Shown in pieces: positions 34,322-43,922 of a stretch of DNA of 50,855 nucleotides; the stretch's first letter is position 1; each line of letters begins with the position of its first letter. The notes beneath the pieces are model-generated. The model did not search any database and was not told the DNA's origin. It was given only the letters and a program-made list of their open reading frames with translations. This DNA is from Nitrososphaerota archaeon (lineage in GTDB: Archaea > Thermoproteota > Nitrososphaeria > Nitrososphaerales > UBA57), in assembly GCA_027295865.1 (NCBI GenBank), contig JAPUKB010000081.1, positions 1 to 50,855 of the forward strand. The letters are read 5' to 3'. Position numbers and translations under genes: made by a program.

Positions 34322-35467
34322 TGTGGAAAGCTTGGATAATATGCTCGAGCTCAATGAAAGGGCATCGTCAAGGTTAGCTTCAAATCCCATTTTCTTCAAC
34401 GTCATTCCAATTGCAGTAAGGGTCACTATCACATGGTAACGTCCAACCGTTCCCATGCTGCCAATTCTGAAAAGCTTCCCGAGGTATCGCCCAAAACCAC
34501 CCGCCAAAATTACCCCGTAGTTAGCGTCCAGTCTAGCTCTGAATTCTTTGTCATCAATCCCCTCAGGATAATTCATAGCTATGACTGTATTCGATCTTAC
34601 CTCAGGCTTTGCAAACATGTTTAGGCCCATTTCCCCAAGGCCTGAATAGAAGGCGTTCGCACAGATTGCGTGCCGCTCGATCACTCTATCAATCCCTTCA
34701 GCGAGTATAATCTCTAGGGATCGATCCAGAGCAAAGTAGAGAGGAAGAGCAGGTGTGAAGGGCGTTTCATTTTTTTCTGCGTACTTGAAGTATCTCTGCA
34801 AGTTAAGGTAATGCCTCTTAGGGGGATTGTCAACAATGAATTTCCTGGCCTTTTCGCTAATAGACAGCATGGACAGGCCAGGAGGGGATGCAAGACACTT
34901 CTGGCTTCCGGCACAACATATGTCTATTTTGTACTCATCAACTGGCATCGAATCCCCACCGAAGTTCGAAATCGCGTCAACAACGAAGAAGGCGCCTGCA
35001 TTGGAAGCCAAGTCCCCCGCTTCTTTGAGCCATCTGATGCTTGCTCCGGTTGAAGTTTCATTCGATACCACGTACAACGCCTTCAAGTTTTCGTTTTGTT
35101 CGAATGCTCGCCTCACATCATCGATGGTAGGAGTGTTCCCATATTCAGATTCGATTCTTATCACCGTTGCTCCAACATCCTGGATCTGTTCAGCGAGACG
35201 TTCGCCAAATTCTCCAAACGCGGTCACGAGGACTGAGTCTCCGTCTCTGAGTATGTTTGTAATGCTCGCCTCTACTGCCCCCGTCCCAGAAGAAGTAAGA
35301 ACCACAACCTCACCATTTGTTTGAAAAATGTTCTTGGCCTTGATCATTAGGCCTTCCATGGCCGCTGCGAACGCAGGGCTACGGTGGTTAATAATCGGGT
35401 GAAGCATGGCGTGCATCACCTCAGATGAGACATTTGTCGGCCCAGGAGTCATTATAAGTTTCTGCAA
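34310..35467 (-). CDS. Class V pyridoxal-phosphate aminotransferase (serine-glyoxylate / alanine-glyoxylate / phosphoserine aminotransferase type)
   Basis: It contains MTPGPT, SSGTGAVEA and the PLP-lysine context GSQKCL. Confidence 0.85.
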   Translation of the reverse strand: MQKLIMTPGPTNVSSEVMHAMLHPIINHRSPAFAAAMEGLMIKAKNIFQTNGEVVVLTSSGTGAVEASITNILRDGDSVLVTAFGEFGERLAEQIQDVGATVIRIESEYGNTPTIDDVRRAFEQNENLKALYVVSNETSTGASIRWLKEAGDLASNAGAFFVVDAISNFGGDSMPVDEYKIDICCAGSQKCLASPPGLSMLSISEKARKFIVDNPPKRHYLNLQRYFKYAEKNETPFTPALPLYFALDRSLEIILAEGIDRVIERHAICANAFYSGLGEMGLNMFAKPEVRSNTVIAMNYPEGIDDKEFRARLDANYGVILAGGFGRYLGKLFRIGSMGTVGRYHVIVTLTAIGMTLKKMGFEANLDDALSLSSSILSKLSTSAR

Positions 35468-35573
35468 AGTTTTTTCTCTGGAGGATGGTTTCGAATCCTT
35501 ACATAACCTTTTGTTTTTGTCTGTAGACCTATCAGATTAACATTATTATATGTGAAAGAGGTCGTGATGGTCA

Positions 35574-36557
35574 ATGCGACAAAGAGACCTCATTCTAGCG
35601 GATTATACCGCTACCGTGAAAGATACTGGAGATCTTGTGGAGACAACCGTCGAGGAGGAGGCGAAGAAGCTAGGGTCTCACGATCCGACGCGAAAATACG
35701 AAGCCCGACTGATAGCCGTCGGTGATGGATGGGTTCTCAAAGGAGTAGATGAAGCACTGGCCACAGCCAACGTAGGGGATAAACTCTCTATTGAAATCGA
35801 TCCCGAAAAAGGGTTTGGATTGAGAGATCCTTCAAAGGTTAGGATGATGCCCATCCGGAGATTTGGGGAAAAGGCTGACAAACTTGCTGCCGGGGACGAA
35901 GTCGAAGTGGACGGAAGGGTTGGCCAGATTAGGTTTGTGGGTTCAGGAAGGACCCAGGTGGACTTCAACCATAGGTACGCGGGAAAGGTGATTAGCTATG
36001 ATTTAACCGTAAGAAAGAAGCTTGAGAGTCAAGAAGATAAGATTAGGGCGATCGCAAGAAGGAGGCTTCCGATTGACGAAGACAAGATCGGGCTTCGGAT
36101 AGAAGACGGAACCGCAATACTTGAGTTCCCTGATGAGTTTTACCTAGTAGAAGGGTTGCAAATAATTAAGCAAGCTGTGGCCAATGACATTTTCAAATAC
36201 TTGGAGACGATTTCTAATGTTAATTTCATAGAAAGTTACTCCTCTCCCAAACCTAAAGAAAAGAAAGAGGATGTAGAGGCTAAGGTAGAGACCTCAGAGG
36301 ATGTAGAGGCTAAGGTAGAGACCTCAGAGGATGTAGAGGCTAAGGTAGAGACCTCAGAGGATGTAGAGGCTAAGGTAGAGACCTCAGAGGATGTAGAGGC
36401 TAAGGTAGAGAACACAGTTATCACAGAGAGTAATTCTCCGGGTCAATCAAGTCAACCCAAGGATGAAACAGATGACAGATCTACGGTACCAAGCGGGGGC
36501 GAAAAGGAAGGAGGGACACAAGGGACCCCCACGGCGGCAGACTCTGAGAAACTCTAA
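35574..36557 (+). CDS. Long-type FKBP peptidyl-prolyl isomerase with an acidic repeat-containing C-terminal extension
   Basis: It has the FKBP core (DYTATVKDTGDLVETT, VGDGWVLKGVDEALATANVGDK, VDFNHRYAGK) and then 5 copies of EDVEAKVETS. Confidence 0.8.
   Translation: MRQRDLILADYTATVKDTGDLVETTVEEEAKKLGSHDPTRKYEARLIAVGDGWVLKGVDEALATANVGDKLSIEIDPEKGFGLRDPSKVRMMPIRRFGEKADKLAAGDEVEVDGRVGQIRFVGSGRTQVDFNHRYAGKVISYDLTVRKKLESQEDKIRAIARRRLPIDEDKIGLRIEDGTAILEFPDEFYLVEGLQIIKQAVANDIFKYLETISNVNFIESYSSPKPKEKKEDVEAKVETSEDVEAKVETSEDVEAKVETSEDVEAKVETSEDVEAKVENTVITESNSPGQSSQPKDETDDRSTVPSGGEKEGGTQGTPTAADSEKL
36267..36416 (+). repeat. Perfect 30-bp tandem repeat, 4.8 copies (unit GAGGATGTAGAGGCTAAGGTAGAGACCTCA), in frame within the FKBP gene
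   Basis: The copies start at 36267, 36297, 36327, 36357 and 36387. They are identical through 36411. Confidence 0.97.
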
Positions 36558-37591
36558 GCAACTTCGGCCTCCGCAATCAGCCGTAGAGCGTCTTCGAAGG
36601 TGAGTTTTTCTCTGGTTAGGATGGTGTACCTTTCCTCCCGAATTGAAGGCGCCAGCAGAACTGCTTTCGCTACTTGTTCTCTGCCAAGTCCTAATTCGGC
36701 GTAAGTGGTGGGACATCTAACAGATTCTAGTGCCTTGGTGATATCCTTCCAATCCAGACCATGGAGTTTTGCCATAAGTATAGTCGAAACACCGCACTTT
36801 TCGCCGTGAAGACCTTTGCCAGGGGCAATTTGATCGAGCGCATGGGTAATGAGATGCTCTGAACCGCTACAAGGTCGGCTGCTCCCTGCAATGCCTGCGG
36901 CTACGCCAGTACTGACTAGTGCCTCAACCAACTCTCGTACCCCTTCTTTACTCCTTATACCATCCGAGTGGAAAGAGCCATCCAACAATATTTCCGCACT
37001 CATTAGCGCCAGATTTGCCGCATATTTTCCGAAATACTCATTCACCTCCTCTCTAGCAATTTCCCAATCTCTAACCGCAGTAATCTTCGCGATTAAGTCT
37101 CCACACCCGCTTGCAAGGAGCCTGTGAGGAGCATCTGCGATGACATCAATATCTGCAAAAATCCCAATGGGCGGTCGCGCCACCAGTGAATATGGCTTTT
37201 CCAAGCCTTTCATGGAAACAAAAGGACTCGATATACCGTCATGAGAAGCACTAGTAGGGACACTAACGAAGGGTTTGCCACCATAAAAGGACCCAAGTTT
37301 GGCAACATCTACCGAGTTCCCACCGCCTAGGCCGACAACTACCGAGACCCCTTTACTAGAAGCAATCTCGGCAACTCGGAGGGCGTCCTGTTTATCAGAT
37401 AATTCAGTAATATACCACTGGATTGCCATCCTCACTGACGCCATGGAATCCTCGACTCGTGCACCTAGTTTTCGCTTCACCTCGGGCCCTGCTACAAAGA
37501 GAGCAGATCCCTCGGATGTCAGATCTAGTATAAACTCCCCCAGTCCATCTAGAATCCGGTCACCCACTAACACCTTCCTCGGAAGCTCCAT
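36554..37591 (-). CDS. egsA: Glycerol-1-phosphate dehydrogenase [NAD(P)+]
   Basis: The internal start MELPRKVLVG gives about 345 aa. It contains GLGGGNSVDVAK, SASHDGISSPF and GSEHLITHALD (Fe-ADH-like G1PDH). The ORF is open up to 37648. Confidence 0.85.
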   Translation of the reverse strand: MELPRKVLVGDRILDGLGEFILDLTSEGSALFVAGPEVKRKLGARVEDSMASVRMAIQWYITELSDKQDALRVAEIASSKGVSVVVGLGGGNSVDVAKLGSFYGGKPFVSVPTSASHDGISSPFVSMKGLEKPYSLVARPPIGIFADIDVIADAPHRLLASGCGDLIAKITAVRDWEIAREEVNEYFGKYAANLALMSAEILLDGSFHSDGIRSKEGVRELVEALVSTGVAAGIAGSSRPCSGSEHLITHALDQIAPGKGLHGEKCGVSTILMAKLHGLDWKDITKALESVRCPTTYAELGLGREQVAKAVLLAPSIREERYTILTREKLTFEDALRLIAEAEVA

Positions 37592-37772
37592 CAGGTGACC
37601 ATTAGAATGCGAGGGCAGGATTGAAACGTGGAGTGATACAGGACACAAGTATTTGAGGACTTTTATCTAGGATATCCAGCGAAGATAAGGAAATAAGATA
37701 ACTTATGAGATCTAGAATTGGTGACTTGCTGTTGGCCGAAAATTATGAAAAAAAGGCTCTTCTAGGGAACTC

Positions 37773-38456
37773 TTGACTCAAGGCGTATCTAAAATGGGTG
37801 TGCACATATTAGACATTTACAGGACGTCAAGCATCGGGATATTTCTCAGATCTAACGATAAACACCTACTCATTCCACCCGGGATTTCTCCGTCCAAAAC
37901 AAAAAAACTAGGGAGCTATATGGATGCCACGACGACAGTGATTTCGATCGCGGGTTCAAGACTCCTCGGGCCATTATCAGCCATGAACGGTAAAGGTGTA
38001 GTGATCTCAAAGCTGGCTGAAGATGGTGAGATAGATGTGATTAAGAGGGCCACTGGGTTGCGGGTAGAGAGATTAAACTCACAGTATACGTCTGTTGGGA
38101 ACCTTGTGGCGGCCAATGATAACGGTGCAGTTGTGTCAAAAATCCTTGGGAAGGAAGCAATCTCAGAAATATCAGAAGTTCTGGATGTTCCTGTCAAGAT
38201 GATGGAAGTTGCATCATACGTCCAGGTTGGGTCAGTCATAACAGCTTCCAACGCCGGCGCAATTGTACATCCAGGAGCGACAGAGGAACAGGTGGGTGAA
38301 ATCGAAGATATTCTAAAGGTTGAAGTGGAGCCTGCTACTGTTAATCGAGGAGTCCCCCTAGTTTCGTCTGGAGCTGTCCTCAATTCCAAGAATATGATGG
38401 TCGGGAGTCTTACCAGCGGACCAGAACTAATGATACTCGGCAGAGCAATGCCTTGA
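37773..38456 (+). CDS. eif6: Translation initiation factor 6 (aIF6)
   Basis: It has the five-fold pseudo-repeat pattern, with SSIGIFLRSNDKHLLIP, GNLVAANDNGAVVS and GSVITASNAGAIVH. The likely ATG is at 37794. Confidence 0.9.
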   Translation: MTQGVSKMGVHILDIYRTSSIGIFLRSNDKHLLIPPGISPSKTKKLGSYMDATTTVISIAGSRLLGPLSAMNGKGVVISKLAEDGEIDVIKRATGLRVERLNSQYTSVGNLVAANDNGAVVSKILGKEAISEISEVLDVPVKMMEVASYVQVGSVITASNAGAIVHPGATEEQVGEIEDILKVEVEPATVNRGVPLVSSGAVLNSKNMMVGSLTSGPELMILGRAMP

Positions 38457-38526
38457 AAGTTTCAAATGGCACACCAAGATCGACTCGTTTAAATGGGTAC
38501 AGCAGGTTTGTAGAGGAAGGGATCCC

Positions 38527-38940
38527 TTGAGCTCGGACGACAGGCTGCAAGCAATGGTCAGTCAGCTCAGAATGATAGAGTCTTATCTTAATGAGATTGG
38601 CAGTAGAGAATCACTATCTGTAAGGGCTGCAGCTGAAGCAAGAGCATCGATAGAAGCCGTGCGGGCTGTGACCTCGTCCGATACCAATGATTTTCTCATC
38701 CCTCTAGGAGGAGGTCTCATGGTGCAGTCTTCCATTGCAAGACCAAAGAAGGTGGTTGTTGGCATAGGAGCTGGCATCACAATGGAAAAGGATCCCGAAG
38801 ACGCGATAGCTTTTGTCGATGAACGTATCAAAGAACTAGAAAAAGGCCTTCAAGAGCTCGGATCTCAACGACTCGGGCTCACCAAGCAATACGAGGCAAC
38901 CAAAGCAGCTATCAATAGCCTTGCAAGCGGCAAGGGCTAG
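38527..38940 (+). CDS. pfdA: Prefoldin alpha subunit
   Basis: It has coiled coil - beta hairpins - coiled coil architecture (LIPLGGGLMVQSSI, VVVGIGAGITMEK). It sits in the conserved position upstream of ftsY. Confidence 0.8.
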   Translation: MSSDDRLQAMVSQLRMIESYLNEIGSRESLSVRAAAEARASIEAVRAVTSSDTNDFLIPLGGGLMVQSSIARPKKVVVGIGAGITMEKDPEDAIAFVDERIKELEKGLQELGSQRLGLTKQYEATKAAINSLASGKG

Positions 38941-38942
38941 GC

Positions 38943-39872
38943 TTGAATGTAATGTTTGAAAAGCTCAAATCAGCTTTCTCCTCAGCTGCTCAAACTCTAA
39001 CAGAGAGATCCCTTTCTGAAAAAGAACTTGCGGAATTGATGGCAAAACTGGAATTGGACCTAATCGAGAATGACGTGGCATTTGATGTGGTGAAAGGAAT
39101 TACCGATCGGTTGAAAGTAGAACTTCAGGAAGAGAAGATCAGACGGAGGTCGGATATGGCACATCTGGTAAAGACCAGATTGAAAGGCTCGATTCAGGCG
39201 GCCTTCTCAAACGTCGAAACTATAGACATCTTCGAGAGAATTGAAGCGACTCGCCGCGAGAGTGATAGGAGACCGTTCGTTGTGTTGTTCCTTGGAGTTA
39301 ATGGAAGTGGGAAAACCACAACTGTTGCAAAATTTGCAAAGCTCCTAGCTAACAAAGGATTCTCAATCGTCATCTCCGCAGGGGATACGCACCGAGCGGG
39401 GGCGATCGAACAACTTTCTGAGCATTCGGGAAGATTAGGGATCAAGTTGGTCTCGCAGAGATACGGTGCGGATCCTGCTGCGGTTGCGAGAGATGGAGTA
39501 AATTATGCAAGGACCCACAAGATCGACGTGGTGATTATTGATACAGCTGGAAGGATGCAGACTAGCACGAATCTCATGGACGAAATGGCGAAAATTGTCA
39601 GGGTAGTCAAGCCCGACCTCAAGATTTTTGTAGTTGACGCCCTGACTGGAAATGATGCCATCTCACAGGCAACTAAGTTTCTAGAATTTACAGGATTCGA
39701 TGGAGTCGTTCTAACGAAAGTTGATGCGGATGCAAAAGGAGGTGCAGCATTATCAATTGTTAGCGAGACAAAGAAACCTATCCTGTATCTCGGAATCGGG
39801 CAGGAGTACGATGATCTAGTACCCTTCATCCCAGAAACCTTCGTTTCAAATCTCTTTGAGAACTCTTCTTAG
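38943..39872 (+). CDS. ftsY: Signal recognition particle receptor FtsY
   Basis: It has GVNGSGKTTT, DTAGR and TKVDADAKGG (SRP GTPase G1/G3/G4). Confidence 0.93.
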   Translation: MNVMFEKLKSAFSSAAQTLTERSLSEKELAELMAKLELDLIENDVAFDVVKGITDRLKVELQEEKIRRRSDMAHLVKTRLKGSIQAAFSNVETIDIFERIEATRRESDRRPFVVLFLGVNGSGKTTTVAKFAKLLANKGFSIVISAGDTHRAGAIEQLSEHSGRLGIKLVSQRYGADPAAVARDGVNYARTHKIDVVIIDTAGRMQTSTNLMDEMAKIVRVVKPDLKIFVVDALTGNDAISQATKFLEFTGFDGVVLTKVDADAKGGAALSIVSETKKPILYLGIGQEYDDLVPFIPETFVSNLFENSS

Positions 39873-39881
39873 AGGCAGATC

Positions 39882-40802
39882 ATGGATACACCTCACCTGC
39901 TTACCCTTATCGGGCTCTCAAAGCGAGACATTCTGAAGTTACTCAACAGGGCAGACCGCTTTAAGCGAGAGAGGAGAATCCATACGAAACTCCTTGCTGG
40001 TAGATCTTTAGCCCTTCTTTTCCAGAAGGTCTCAACTCGGACGAGGGTGAGCTTCGATGTTGCAATCCACGAACTCGGAGGATACTCTATATTCCTGAAC
40101 GAGTCTGACATCCAGCTCTCAAGAGGCGAGAGGATAGAAGATACCGCTAAGACATTATCGAAGTATGTCGACTTTATCGTCGCAAGGGTATACAGTCATG
40201 ATCAGGTTGAGAGACTTGCGACAGCCTCAGACGTGCCCGTCATAAACGCCCTCTCGAATACCCATCATCCCTGTCAAGCGCTTTCAGACCTTCAAACCAT
40301 CAGGGAGGAGAAGGGCGCCTTGGACTCTGTCAAGATCGCGTGGATAGGAGACAGCACCAACGTCTGTAATGAGCTCATGATTGGAGCTGCCAAGGTCGGT
40401 GCGGACTTTGCTTTGGCTTCTCCTGCGGATTTCAGGCCACCTAAGGACATTCTCATGAGCGCACTGGCGGATGCCGAGAAAAGCGGAAGCAGATTGACTA
40501 TAACTACTGACCCGCTCAAGGCAGTCACAGGCGCTGATGTAATAGCTACTGACAGCTTCGTATCCATGGGAACCGAAAAGGGGAGAGCAAGAAGATTGAT
40601 GGCTTTCATCCCTCGGTATCAAGTGACAGCGAATCTGATAGAGAGCGGAAGGGATGCGATTTTCATGCACTGCCTCCCTGCAAAGAGGGGAGAAGAAATA
40701 ACCGATGGAGTATTGGACCATCCTTCTTCAAGAGTATGGCAACAGGTGGAGAACAAGATCCATATGCATAAAGCGATACTACTTGAATTGTCCAAGAAAT
40801 AA
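39882..40802 (+). CDS. argF: Ornithine carbamoyltransferase
   Basis: It has STRTRVSF, HPCQALSD, VSMG and HCLPAKRGEE. The HCLP motif favours OTC over ATCase. Confidence 0.85.
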   Translation: MDTPHLLTLIGLSKRDILKLLNRADRFKRERRIHTKLLAGRSLALLFQKVSTRTRVSFDVAIHELGGYSIFLNESDIQLSRGERIEDTAKTLSKYVDFIVARVYSHDQVERLATASDVPVINALSNTHHPCQALSDLQTIREEKGALDSVKIAWIGDSTNVCNELMIGAAKVGADFALASPADFRPPKDILMSALADAEKSGSRLTITTDPLKAVTGADVIATDSFVSMGTEKGRARRLMAFIPRYQVTANLIESGRDAIFMHCLPAKRGEEITDGVLDHPSSRVWQQVENKIHMHKAILLELSKK

Positions 40803-40804
40803 CC

Positions 40805-41167
40805 TTAGGTGAAATCGACAAAGAGCATTCTCTCGAAGTTCTGAATCCTATCACCCTCCACAGAGACACATTCCTTCCTCAACAGACGAGTTTTCATTTC
40901 AATTCCCTTCGCGTAGCCGCCGACCCGGCCGTCGCGATAAACGACTCGGTGACACGGAATACGAGGGGAATCCGGGTTTAGGTGAAGAGCCTTTCCGACC
41001 GCCCGAGAAGCTCCTTCCTTCCTCAGAGCGGCAGCAATTGCTCCATATGTAGATACCCTCCCTTCTGGTATCTGTAACGTGAGCCTATAAACCTCATCAG
41101 CAAGGCCGTTGCCTTTCCCAATTCTGAAATCTGATTTCAAGCTATATCCTCTGTATCTGAAGGTCAT
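40805..41167 (-). CDS. ogt: Methylated-DNA-protein-cysteine methyltransferase, single (C-terminal) domain form
   Basis: It has IPEGRVSTYGAIAA, the active site IPCHRVV, and GGY. Confidence 0.75.
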   Translation of the reverse strand: MTFRYRGYSLKSDFRIGKGNGLADEVYRLTLQIPEGRVSTYGAIAAALRKEGASRAVGKALHLNPDSPRIPCHRVVYRDGRVGGYAKGIEMKTRLLRKECVSVEGDRIQNFERMLFVDFT

Positions 41168-41951
41168 GTTTCTCTAGCAGCTCGATAATCCTTTGCTTTT
41201 CGCTGCCGAGACCTTTCCAATCGACGAATGCGTATTCAATCTTCTCTACGCTCTTCTCCAGGGCTTGCGCGATGATGCTATCATCGGCATAGACCAAGGA
41301 ATGTTTGGGGATGTACCCCGCCAAAGAGAGTCCGTCACTAAGGACCAAGTCAGTGAATTTTCTCGAGTAATGAGGGCCTCCTATACCTATGCCAACTTTC
41401 TCTACTGGGCTCTGATCTGATATCGCCGCCAGTAAAACCCGAGCCACCAAGTCCGCGGTCTCGTTGTCCTCCCATTCCTGCTCTTTAGACCCGATCTCAA
41501 CGAACAGACAGGGCCTGCGTAGAGAGGTTGGCCCGTGATGAGTAGCTTCGAGGATAATATCATATTTTGAGAGTTTTTCTCGTTGCGACCAAAGTCTCGT
41601 AAAATACGCTTTCAGCAACATTGGGTCTGTCCATGCGATTTCCCTTGGATTTCCTCCATAAAGGACGTCATCGGAAAAATTCCCAGTAAAGTGTGCGGTT
41701 AGAGTCGGCAACCCACTTTCACTTCTATGCTTTGACAAGAAAACATATGACTGAGGTGCAAAAAATTCGTCAAGATCATTCAAGAAAATCCCTTTCATCT
41801 CGGCAAGAACTAAACTCACATTCTGATATACATAGATTGGAGTCCCATGATAGTTATCTCCGGTAGGGGTGAAGTTATCAAGGTCCAAAAGAGCATTGTA
41901 CAACGTCAGGCTCGCGTTGTCACTTTTTGATGCCACTAGAGTGTATTCCAC
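41142..41951 (-). CDS. dtdA: D-aminoacyl-tRNA deacylase, archaeal type (DtdA)
   Basis: The 269-aa product contains FLSKHRSESG, ATHHGPT and GGPHY, typical of the tRNA_deacylase family. Confidence 0.8.
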   Translation of the reverse strand: MEYTLVASKSDNASLTLYNALLDLDNFTPTGDNYHGTPIYVYQNVSLVLAEMKGIFLNDLDEFFAPQSYVFLSKHRSESGLPTLTAHFTGNFSDDVLYGGNPREIAWTDPMLLKAYFTRLWSQREKLSKYDIILEATHHGPTSLRRPCLFVEIGSKEQEWEDNETADLVARVLLAAISDQSPVEKVGIGIGGPHYSRKFTDLVLSDGLSLAGYIPKHSLVYADDSIIAQALEKSVEKIEYAFVDWKGLGSEKQRIIELLEKHDLQIQRI

Positions 41952-42021
41952 TATCGATTTTCAAGACAGCAGTTCATGAAAAGGTTTATTTGAGTTCTCT
42001 CCACATTCCTTCGAGAGTCGA

Positions 42022-42198
42022 ATGTGGGATATAATGGGATTTATGCGGGTAAGCATAAATGTCCTCAAGTTTGCACGAAAATCCGACCGAAAGGAGTTTT
42101 TTCTCTATATGAGACTCACCTTGTTAGGGGTGAGCATACTTGGCTCAATTGGTTACGTGGTTCAGCTCATTGGATCTATATTTAGGCTTCAAGGGTAG
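42022..42198 (+). CDS. secE: Preprotein translocase subunit SecE (Sec61 gamma)
   Basis: This 58-aa ORF falls below the track cutoff: MWDIMGFMRVSINVLKFARKSDRKEFFLYMRLTLLGVSILGSIGYVVQLIG. It sits in the conserved position upstream of spt5. Confidence 0.7.
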   Translation: MWDIMGFMRVSINVLKFARKSDRKEFFLYMRLTLLGVSILGSIGYVVQLIGSIFRLQG

Positions 42199-42203
42199 AA
42201 GAA

Positions 42204-42665
42204 TTGAGTGAGACTGTAACTAGTAGAATCTTCGCTGTCAAGACCACTGGCGGCCAGGAGCGATCCGTTGCAGCCTTCGTAGGGATGAGAGCTCAGCTTC
42301 GTAAAAAGCCAATATATGCAATCCTAGTCATCAGCACAATGAAGGGATATGTTTTTTTCGAAGCGCCAAACGCGCAGGTTGTTGGAGATTCCATTGCAGG
42401 GTTTAAACATGTTAAGAGTCAAGTTCCGGGCATAATCCAATTCGGGGATATCGAGAAGTTTCTGATTACCACATCCATTGTCTCTGAGCTAAATATTGAT
42501 GATGTAGTAGAGGTGTCAGGAGGCCCCTTTAAGGGTATGAGGGCGAAAGTGACCAGGGTAGAACCGAACCGGTCGGAAGCTACTATTATTCTCCTTGATG
42601 CTCCAACCCAATTACCAATAACAATTAATGCCGACTATCTAAGAATAGTCGAAAAGGCTAAGTAA
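42204..42665 (+). CDS. spt5: Transcription elongation factor Spt5 (NusG)
   Basis: It has IFAVKTTGGQERSVA (NGN domain) and the KOW motif GPFKGMRAKV. Confidence 0.9.
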   Translation: MSETVTSRIFAVKTTGGQERSVAAFVGMRAQLRKKPIYAILVISTMKGYVFFEAPNAQVVGDSIAGFKHVKSQVPGIIQFGDIEKFLITTSIVSELNIDDVVEVSGGPFKGMRAKVTRVEPNRSEATIILLDAPTQLPITINADYLRIVEKAK

Positions 42666-42691
42666 CCAGACAGACAGCTGATGGTTCTAGA

Positions 42692-43177
42692 TTGACAGAC
42701 GAGAAAATAGTCCCAGCTCTAGTAACAGGAGGAGAGGCAACCGCGGGTCCTCCACTTGGTCCGACGCTAGCACCTCTTGGACTAAACGTTGTGGCAATAG
42801 TCAAAGAAATCAATGCACAGACGAGCGACTATCCCGGGATGCGAGTGCCAGTTAAGATAATAGTAAATACCGATACAAAGCAATTCAGGGTGGAAGTTGG
42901 CACGCCCACGACCTCCGCCCTCCTAGCCAAGGAAGCAGGAGTCCAGAAAGGGTCAGGCACTCCCAATTCAGATCTAGTCGGCGACCTAAAAATGGAACAG
43001 CTCGTCAAGATAGCCAGATCAAAAATGCCACAGACCTATGCTTCCAACGTGAAGAGTGGCGTACGCGAATTACTTGGGGCCTGCGTGAGCATGGGCATCA
43101 AAGTTGAAGGCCTGAACCCGCGAGATGCATTGCTCGAAGTCGGCAAGGGTACATGGGACTCCCTTCTCGTGGATTAG
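42692..43177 (+). CDS. rpl11: 50S ribosomal protein L11
   Basis: It contains GGEATAGPPLGPTLAPLGLNV. Confidence 0.95.
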   Translation: MTDEKIVPALVTGGEATAGPPLGPTLAPLGLNVVAIVKEINAQTSDYPGMRVPVKIIVNTDTKQFRVEVGTPTTSALLAKEAGVQKGSGTPNSDLVGDLKMEQLVKIARSKMPQTYASNVKSGVRELLGACVSMGIKVEGLNPRDALLEVGKGTWDSLLVD

Positions 43178-43262
43178 AGCGTTGATGAGGCCCTCTTCTT
43201 AACATTTATTAAATCGAGTCTGACTTTGGGAGCCGAATAGTGCAGGTAAGTGAGTGTAGATT

Positions 43263-43922
43263 TTGGTTACGCAGAACGGGCTTGAGGATTTGGTTAAGAA
43301 GGCACGATCCTCGGCGATTGAAAGAAAATACAAACAATCGTTTGAGCTAATTCTCTCACTGAAAGACATCGATACCAAGAAGCATCCGCTGAATATCAAC
43401 GAAGTCGTCTTTCTCCCCACACCGACTACAAAGAGAGCGAAGGTATGTGTAGTCGCCTCGGGAGACCTTGGGCTTAGAGCAGGGAGAGCGGATGCGGACA
43501 GAGTCCTGCCGCCCAACGAGCTCGACACGATCGCGGGGAACAAGAGGGAGGCAAAGAAACTCGCACGCTCTTTTGACTTCTTCCTGGCAGAGACCTCGGC
43601 GATGACAAAGATTGGACGCGGGCTGGGGAGATTTCTGGGCCCTAGGGGCCGAATGCCTACGCCAGTCCCTCTCAACGCCCCTATTGAGAATCTAATTGCA
43701 CGATATAGGACTGGCACGAGAGTTCGAGGACGGAATCAGATGGCTGTTGCCGCCAAGGTTGGAGATGAAGATCAGAGTGACGAAAAGGTCGCTGAAAACG
43801 CGATGGCAGTTCTCACTGCCGTCTTAAACAAGCTACCCAACGGCGAAAAGAACCTGAAGGGAATAGCCTTCAAACTCTCAATGTCCCCTCCAGCCAGAGC
43901 ATTGGCATCTCAGGTGAAATGA
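43263..43922 (+). CDS. rpl1: 50S ribosomal protein L1
   Basis: It contains KQSFELILSLKDID, LGPRGRMPTP and AFKLSMSPP. Confidence 0.93.
   Translation: MVTQNGLEDLVKKARSSAIERKYKQSFELILSLKDIDTKKHPLNINEVVFLPTPTTKRAKVCVVASGDLGLRAGRADADRVLPPNELDTIAGNKREAKKLARSFDFFLAETSAMTKIGRGLGRFLGPRGRMPTPVPLNAPIENLIARYRTGTRVRGRNQMAVAAKVGDEDQSDEKVAENAMAVLTAVLNKLPNGEKNLKGIAFKLSMSPPARALASQVK

Noticed and set aside
36236-36424. The regularly spaced 30-bp repeats could be mistaken for a CRISPR array, and there is an antisense 62-aa ORF across them.
   Set aside because: The repeats are contiguous with no spacers and lie in frame inside the FKBP coding sequence. The antisense ORF is a by-product of the repeat.
43178-43262. 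The L11-L1 spacer (contains GACTTTGGGAGCCGAATAG) was considered as an L1 autoregulatory mRNA site mimicking the 23S L1 stalk.
   Set aside because: I cannot reproduce the L1-binding consensus structure by eye. In the studied methanogens the site lies near or inside the L1 start, so this remains unverified.
43199-43717. A 172-aa minus-strand ORF, together with the many other long antisense ORFs (for example 488-937, 3703-4223, 34827-35324, 37916-38389, 40284-40721).
   Set aside because: Each lies antisense to a gene with a strong, recognisable product. Their compositions (Ser/Arg/Pro-rich, no motifs) are typical of shadow ORFs.
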